Shown here: positions 60,101 to 64,000 of the stretch, one piece after another
Position numbering within the stretch: position 1 is the first letter of the stretch
How the letters are laid out: each line of letters opens with the position of its first letter
Assembly: GCA_040285745.1 (NCBI GenBank)
Contig: JAUFOR010000002.1
Span: forward strand, 1,550,001 to 1,614,000
Length of the DNA: 64,000 nt
From: Barthelona sp. PCE
Lineage: Eukaryota
Reading direction: 5' to 3'
Position numbers and translations under genes: made by a program
The notes under the pieces: generated by a model
What the model saw: only the letters and a program-made list of their open reading frames with translations
What the model was told of the DNA's origin: nothing
The model's database searches: none

Positions 60101-63100
60101 TTTGGCAATTGTTTTGAGATACCATCAGAAAGAGAGAAAATGTTCTCAAGATATTTGAAATCTTTTTGGGTTTCCATCCAAGTATCAAGGTTATCAAATA
60201 GAGTAGATAGATCCTTATCCCACTTCTCAACGTCAGACATAAAGGGAAGTGAATACTTGTTGTTCTTAATGTTGGTAAGTTTGACTGTATGCTTCTCTTG
60301 CTCTTCCCTCATTGATGCAAGAACAGCACTTGAATTGTCAATAACATAGGTAGCTTTGTATGACTTGACATCGATGCAAAGTTCATCATCAAGCCAGAAC
60401 TGCTCAATTTCCTTTAGATCCTCAAAGATAAGCATTTCCTGTGTTGCAGTGATAGAAACTTGTTCAATTATATCTTCATGGAGCTTAAGATTCATACCTA
60501 AGATTTCAGCCAGCGTAGCGTTGAAATCAAAGTCGAAACCAAAGTGTTGTTTCAGTTCCTTCCAATGACGTGTCAACATAGAGGGATTCTTTAGGTGTTT
60601 GAGTAGAGGTAAGAATTTCTTAAACGATTCTACCTCCTTCTTTGTGGTCATCCACACGTTCTTATTGCGGAGAATGCGTCCCAACTTGTTGATACGCTTA
60701 ATAAAGCCCAAAATCTCGTTATCAAGATGATCAATGTCAATGTTCTTGAAAACAAGTTTGAGCCAATTTTCATAGTTTGACTGGAACTCGAAACGAAGAT
60801 GCCACATACTCTCCAAAACGGCTAGACTTTCAGAGACTTCCTGAATCTCCTTTCTTTCTTCTGTGTGAATGTTAAACAGTAGTAAACCGGTCATAATAAC
60901 CTTTTCTTGTTCAACAAGTTCAGCAATATCATCTTTGAACCCATCAAGTAATTCAAACACGGCGTCACGACTGAGATCAGAATCATAAGGAGCAGTTTCT
61001 TCAAACCGGTGTTTCATATCGTTAACCAGCTTCTGGAAGTTCTTCATTTGGAACATTTGCAGATCTTTCTGTTTACCCTTCATTTCAGAAATATTATCCA
61101 GTTGAGAGTTGAGCATTCTAGCGTAATTAACATATCGAGATGGAAGATTATCATAGACTGCAATGACACTATCATCCAAAGTGAATGATTGATTGAGAAG
61201 CTCATTGTACAGCTTGATTACAGGAGTACGAAGAACAGTGTTGAAAGCAAAGAGTTTAAGCTCCATATCGAAAGAACGAATTGCTTCATCGAGTTGTTCT
61301 AGCGTACCAACACCAAGAGTAATATCTTTTCTATCAGTAACGAATTTCGAAACGTCATTGATCAGTTCCTCTGTGACTGTGTTGATGAGCATAAGGAAAC
61401 CTTGAATCCATTCGTTGAGATAGAAGTCAAGCAAGTTCTTTAGTTTCGATATATCAAGATGCAAGAATTTTTTGTGTACAATAATTGATTCTTGCATGAT
61501 CTGAACGGATAGAGACTTAAATTCACGAACGCGATCAATGAACTGTTCGAGAATATTGGCTTCAGACAAGAGAAGCGCGTTGAAAATCTTGCTAATTGAT
61601 TCCTGATGAGTTTCATCCTTGATAACCTGCTTGATAAGTTCCTTCCAATCGAACTCAAGCTCGTTTGGATCGAAAGGTGCTTCTTCTGTAGCGTGAGGTA
61701 CAATGAAACGCTTGAACTTCTTGGTTGCAATTGCACCGTTGAGTTCATCAATCTCCTCTTTTTGGAATGCCACAAGATTTGAACGAACGTTGTTGGTGAA
61801 CTCTTCACGAATGGAATGAAGACGTTCCTTCTCAGCTGTGAGAATGCTTTTCTTATCCATACTCCAAACGTCCTTGTATTTTGTCTGTAGACCATTGAGG
61901 AAGAGTTCAAGATCCTTATTCAAATCTGAAAGGGTTGAGAAGATTATGTTGAGTAGGTTACGGATGTTGGTATCCTTAGCAAGGAAAGAGTAAAGCGATA
62001 CAAGATCAGGATCACGGTTGATCTGGTGCATCAGTTCGTCAATGTCATCCTCCGAGTAACCGCTCAAATGCTCAACAAGTGAATCACGAGAATAATTACC
62101 AACATTATTAGAGTAATAATCTTCAAGAATTGTCAGTAACGCAGAGCTGAATTCACAAAGGGAGTTCAGGCTTGTTACCAAACGAGGCACACTTCTTGTA
62201 ACGGTCATGATATCACGTACCAATGAGTTGAACGACTCCGTCATCTGTTCAACACTGGGCTCTAATACACATCTATTGTTCTTGAGAACTACAAAAACGT
62301 TGAAAAGAGGAATGACTTCTTGTTTTCTTGAACCATTGAGCAAGAAATTAAGGTAAGAGAAGTTTTTAACAATCATAACCTCCAATGCTTTAAGTAAATC
62401 AAACTCTTTAGTAGCAACGTAATTGAACCAATGTGTTGTGACTGTTGAATCCTGTTGGAAAAGCCCAAAGTTAAGGCGGAAAAAGTCAATAATTTGGTTG
62501 TGAGTGTTTTGTAACACCTGAATGTTGCTGGTGATCTGAGACTTGATAAGAGAGTTGAATGATGTCAATGAATGTAGTTCCTTACGGGACAGTTTAAACA
62601 ATTCAACGTTCGCAATCTTTTCAAAGAGAGAGTCAATATTGAAGTTGTTCTCCTTAAACGTAAAGATGAGGTTGAGGATATCCTGTGTAATTTGGAAACA
62701 GTCACTCACATAGTCTCGGAGGTTCTTTGAATTCCAGGTTAGAGTTTCCAGACCAGGACGGAATTTCTTCTCAACGAATGAAAGACGTTCCTTGAATAGA
62801 AGTTTGTCTGAATCTTGCAATAACTCGAGAATACGGTTGTAATGCAAAATAACAGCAAGCACTTCTTCGTTCTTTTGATGAAGTGTCTTGAAATGAGTAA
62901 ACAAATATGCAGCGTTATATGGAATATCAAAATCGCACTTCTGCCACAAAACAACTTCACGTAGCAGTTTGAACAGCTCAGGCTCAAAGTTGACTTGCAA
63001 CTGCATTGACCGCATGCCTGCGGAATCAAAGTCACGTTCAACATCCAGAACTCTCATCATGAGAACGTTATCGAGTGCAGAAGTAAGGTTGTTGTTGGTG

Positions 63101-64000
63101 ATAATATCGCTCCAATCCGTATACTGGTTGCGAACATAATCCTCACAAGTGTTTTTGAAACGAAGAAATGACGCAACAATGGAAGCCTTTTCGTTCTGGA
63201 AAGCTTCATCAAAGTTAACAATGCTGAGGTTCTCCAAGAGTTCCAGATCTTCTTCAAGATACATAATCATAGAACGAGCCCAGACAGCACTGCCAGAGAA
63301 AAGTGGTACACCAACTGTAAGTGGTGCAGACTTTTTTCCAGCTTCAAACTCCTTTTTGTAAATATCAATGGATTCGTTGAACATATTCCACAAATCCAGT
63401 TTCTTCTTTGACACAAATGTCTTGATGGACTGGAGAGAAGCAAGACGATCATAAATGATTAGATACTTATAGTTCTCATGGAAGTTATCCGTCAGTTGGG
63501 AGCTGAGCAGATTGGTGTAAATGATGTTGAGGTACTTGATACTATTCTTGAATGTAAGATAGTGTTGATACCATTCACTATTGTTGATACTTAGAATACC
63601 TGCTTCTTCATTTGCTGTGAAAAGGATGTTGAGCTTCTCAAGAAACAAAATACCAATCTCATCAAGTGACTTCGTGAGCCTAAAGTTCCTGGGTACCTTA
63701 TCTTCGAAATTGGTAAATTGTTCGTGAAGTTTAAGTACTTCCAAAAGATCTTCAAGACGTTGCTGGAAAGCTTCGACTGAACTGAACGAACTAGTCTCTT
63801 TGTTTGAAACTGGGATGTCCAATTTCACAAACATATGTTTCCATAACTTCAGAAGCTTAATGGAGCGCATGATATTGTTGAGGTTATAATCTTTCTTATC
63901 AAGAAATTCATCAATGTTGATGAAACGCTTGCACAATACAATGAGTTCATTGCCGAACTTGCTCAGAATATCCTCCAAGTGAGGAGCATACTTCAAGACA
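51178..64000 (-). CDS. DNAH2: Axonemal dynein heavy chain, inner-arm I1-beta/DNAH2-like; 5' partial
   Basis: FPRFYFLS. P-loops GPAGTGKT, GLPGSGKS, GHTGVGKS, GVGGSGRKS. GFTFPTGFLTA and WIKRGTA resemble DNAH2. Frame open to the window edge. Confidence 0.9.
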   Translation of the reverse strand, partial: VLKYAPHLEDILSKFGNELIVLCKRFINIDEFLDKKDYNLNNIMRSIKLLKLWKHMFVKLDIPVSNKETSSFSSVEAFQQRLEDLLEVLKLHEQFTNFEDKVPRNFRLTKSLDEIGILFLEKLNILFTANEEAGILSINNSEWYQHYLTFKNSIKYLNIIYTNLLSSQLTDNFHENYKYLIIYDRLASLQSIKTFVSKKKLDLWNMFNESIDIYKKEFEAGKKSAPLTVGVPLFSGSAVWARSMIMYLEEDLELLENLSIVNFDEAFQNEKASIVASFLRFKNTCEDYVRNQYTDWSDIITNNNLTSALDNVLMMRVLDVERDFDSAGMRSMQLQVNFEPELFKLLREVVLWQKCDFDIPYNAAYLFTHFKTLHQKNEEVLAVILHYNRILELLQDSDKLLFKERLSFVEKKFRPGLETLTWNSKNLRDYVSDCFQITQDILNLIFTFKENNFNIDSLFEKIANVELFKLSRKELHSLTSFNSLIKSQITSNIQVLQNTHNQIIDFFRLNFGLFQQDSTVTTHWFNYVATKEFDLLKALEVMIVKNFSYLNFLLNGSRKQEVIPLFNVFVVLKNNRCVLEPSVEQMTESFNSLVRDIMTVTRSVPRLVTSLNSLCEFSSALLTILEDYYSNNVGNYSRDSLVEHLSGYSEDDIDELMHQINRDPDLVSLYSFLAKDTNIRNLLNIIFSTLSDLNKDLELFLNGLQTKYKDVWSMDKKSILTAEKERLHSIREEFTNNVRSNLVAFQKEEIDELNGAIATKKFKRFIVPHATEEAPFDPNELEFDWKELIKQVIKDETHQESISKIFNALLLSEANILEQFIDRVREFKSLSVQIMQESIIVHKKFLHLDISKLKNLLDFYLNEWIQGFLMLINTVTEELINDVSKFVTDRKDITLGVGTLEQLDEAIRSFDMELKLFAFNTVLRTPVIKLYNELLNQSFTLDDSVIAVYDNLPSRYVNYARMLNSQLDNISEMKGKQKDLQMFQMKNFQKLVNDMKHRFEETAPYDSDLSRDAVFELLDGFKDDIAELVEQEKVIMTGLLLFNIHTEERKEIQEVSESLAVLESMWHLRFEFQSNYENWLKLVFKNIDIDHLDNEILGFIKRINKLGRILRNKNVWMTTKKEVESFKKFLPLLKHLKNPSMLTRHWKELKQHFGFDFDFNATLAEILGMNLKLHEDIIEQVSITATQEMLIFEDLKEIEQFWLDDELCIDVKSYKATYVIDNSSAVLASMREEQEKHTVKLTNIKNNKYSLPFMSDVEKWDKDLSTLFDNLDTWMETQKDFKYLENIFSLSDGISKQLPKTAAEFDAVSRNWHKLFIGFIEEFRCHAFHGLLWKQVAAILRDIIEALEIIQKQLEQYLETKRMAFPRFYFLSNDDLLEILGQSRNPITINKHINKCFDGVRKLIFNTDSIRKTIIAMVSMDGERLNLARPIPTDTNVEAWLVDVEQTMALTLKDLLQECVSSLRNYPVKREKWLKNWLGQLGIAASLCQWSADVGKSLTDIEKGQSKFGLKILRKRYMALLNRLTNMVRSDLSKVDRSKVVTAITMEVHSKDVIQKLITNQVSSPEDFDWTCQLRFGLVGDDVKAFQTTSVLDLGYEYFGNPGRLVITPLTDRCYLTLTTALALKFGGNPRGPAGTGKTETVKDMGRNLMRPTIVFNASEELDYVSLANSFSGLVQGGFFGCFDEFNRIEIDVLSVVAQQISSILNALAAGRSNFEFEGQMIPLNSNVGLFITMNPGYAGRTPLPDNLKSLFRPVAMMVPDLAMIAEIILYAQGFSKARVLSKKITTLYSLMGQQLSKQDHYDFGLRAIKGVLVTAGGIKRNEPDTSEDIILLRALRDSNIPKLVSDDIGLFLGLIQDLFPGIETVEQDRGIFQETIIDELRKRNLQPIPHMINKIVQLYETKVIRHGTMVVGLPGSGKSTAWEILQNTMTAMHKKDPKSEWVPVHTHLINPKTSELYGWYDLSTREWNDGVLSRVLREVSADASPDQKWIVFDGPIDTLWIESMNTVLDDSRILTLINAERISFPQQVSLLFETRDLSVASPATVSRCGMVYFDEIDLGWKPFVETWLEKRSKISKVNAAQEATLKAMFSKYVPRCVEQKRKWKELVPVSTLATIRSLTKLYDTLATSENNVTPENQDHFPRLIEMYFVFSLIWTLGASLDAKSRKNFDMFLRTIDGQFPPTDTVYDYHVDNRKTSWTSWTEFFPTSWKPSEGVPMHRAVVPTMDTVRAEFLFKHLLPVGQNVLVVGHTGVGKSIIIEDIIQKYKESNGKYISMRVNFSAQTSVESLQKIFERTLDHRGAVYLPKAGKTMICFIDDLNMPGKEIFGAQPPLELLRQFIDYGFWYDIKKQTKQTVKNMQLVGAMGPPGGGRQVICDRLVDRFHLINFAEPSQQSVRRIFGILLNQHLSVGFEDNIRSAVDNVCTATFNIYKFMKETMLPTPTKSHYIFSLRDVGKVFQGLLQCSRSYSRDQFIKLWIHECYRVFHDKLAIDQDRAVFRTSIQEQLSLTLDANWARLCENNIVTPFGSFMTLDQSYQELPSFEELREEVYEKQDAHNLESKQPLNLVLFKDAINHMCRIIRVLNQPQGNVLLIGVGGSGRKSLTRLASYIVDYEIFEIEMKKNYSQKDFYDDLRELFSICGIENQPTVFLFSDTQVTDEVFLEDINNILASGMVPGLYDDIDNPQEFYDSLRPEFRKNHPTLPETEENLWRFFVDRVRENLHVILCMSPIGADFRNRVRLYPALVSCTTIDWFSNWPADALIEVASNNIVEMIDYGIEDEYISPIAATLVDIHTSVERLSEKMRDELRRHNYVTPTNFLDLLDSYKQTFRDKRSEIFQKKQKLANGLSKLVDTRKEVEIMTIKLDKTKETLAKKTIECNELLVTLVNRKTEADAQKKEVDELASKLKIEEQECSIVAANAEKDLEEVMPMLVAASEALNKLSRQSLADIRAMQNPPAVVHLVLKGLMILRGSETDWATCRVHLANTHLLHELTHYPKENITDKMLKKLQKVTAHENFDVDKLALVSQPVAILADWILCMQEFAKVYRVVAPKKQALNRAINELEIKRAMLSDAQAKLANLKKQIQDLDDEYQGAMSVKEKLETEAKLTELKLDRAASIVNGLADERIRWQEQIAIFDREIELLPGDCLLAAAFLSYCGPFPSQYRSELVDTIWRELIEKANIPHSETFDFIDFLAVPTEVRDWNIRGLPSDSFSIENGVLVTRGHRWPLMIDPQDQANSWIKRLYEAEGLRIIDLKQRNFLRTLESSIVYGSPCLLENVSEDLDPSLNDVLNKTLINDGGITKIRLGDKFIQYSEDFVFFITTKLSNPHFSPEIAAITTIVNFAVKEQGLEEQLLGVVVQQEMPALEKRKSDLVLSMAEQRKQMVVLEDRILELLNSTDNILDDEQMVVTLNNSKETAHKISESLKIAKQTEIKIDENRNLYRAIARRASLLFFVLTDMSNIDTMYQFSLESYLNLFMFSIRNAKRTEDKKERINEIVSFHTLNFYRYICRALFERHKLLFSFQILVKILLNEKKIDHNEYSFFLKGGIVLDRKKQAPNPQKWLPQVAWDNLWELDKIASMHGIASSFESSTESEDWMIWYKTERPEAVGLPGEWDSKLGEFQKMLVIRSLRQDRLLSTISHFIASNLGPEFIEPPAFNLAQTFEDSNSLTPLIFILAPGVDPSHQLNTFALSSGMEHRFVSVALGQGQTPKAEAAIQEGMKRGNWVLLVNCHLSVKWLPVLDKLLYHMVQNPNDIHPDFRLWLTSNPHPKFPIAILQRSLKITTEAPKGVKANLLRIYGNMSASQYNTCDNTVPFRRLLFALSFFHSVLLERKKFMSLGWAVVYDFSDADFNICFQLLVDYLNRALQSDGNIDWKGLRYLTGEANYGGRVTDDWDRRILLTYMNEVYNDNIAFKPQQLLSESPAFVVPEDGNLSDFLEFINGLPLADTPEVFGQHFNADIASTIDESNSLLQTIIDLQPRTGGAGGQDRESKVYSMCEKLEDTIPKPIDYHSVVVSLEGNVSPLSTVLLQEITRYNVLLEKVHDDLIRMKRGIKGLEVISPDLEEIFDAYHDNRVPTTHSFCYQSQKSLASWAQDLVGRVEQLRNWAESLNPPTVFWLGGFTFPTGFLTALLQTTARRHGIPIDTLSFEFIIMEQSEHEILSQPDDGAYIKGILLEGARWDDEELCITDPEPMILIDHMPIIHFKPVQNHTVDEETTYICPCYCSEKRIGTRERPAFVCALELPCGESTPQKWIKRGTAALLSRADVDFTENH

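Noticed and set aside
51178-64000. Trans-spliced (split) dynein gene as in Giardia
   Set aside because: The reading frame is continuous across the whole visible portion.
1-64000. Alternative genetic code, CRISPR array, transposase or reverse transcriptase
   Set aside because: TAA, TAG and TGA all end conserved genes at expected C-termini. I saw no spaced direct repeats or mobile-element proteins.

Overview
This is gene-dense, intron-poor nuclear DNA from a flagellated eukaryotic microbe, read in the standard genetic code, with about 35 protein genes packed nearly end to end. Short GTATGT...YTWAY-NTTTAG introns with a fixed branch-point-to-3' splice site spacing suggest a metamonad-like protist (inference). 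Recognisable genes are an ARFRP1-like GTPase, CFAP52-like WD40 protein, a giant Sfi1-repeat-like protein, TEX9, a three-domain purine nucleoside phosphorylase, RPL35, an Oca/Siw14-family pseudophosphatase, NSUN5, pecanex, a DHX33-like helicase, CCDC77, Rab7, BBS9, C1D, TAF1B/Rrn7-like, HGH1, POP1, a degenerate adenosylhomocysteinase, guanylate kinase, CDC20 and an axonemal dynein heavy chain (DNAH2-like) running off the right edge. The main novelty is in the only large non-coding gap: a ~630-nt element (21175-21803) with two long nested helical arms. Its G-U bias points to + strand RNA, and it matches no RNA family I can recognise. All family calls come from motif recognition and hand pairing; no database search or folding program was run.
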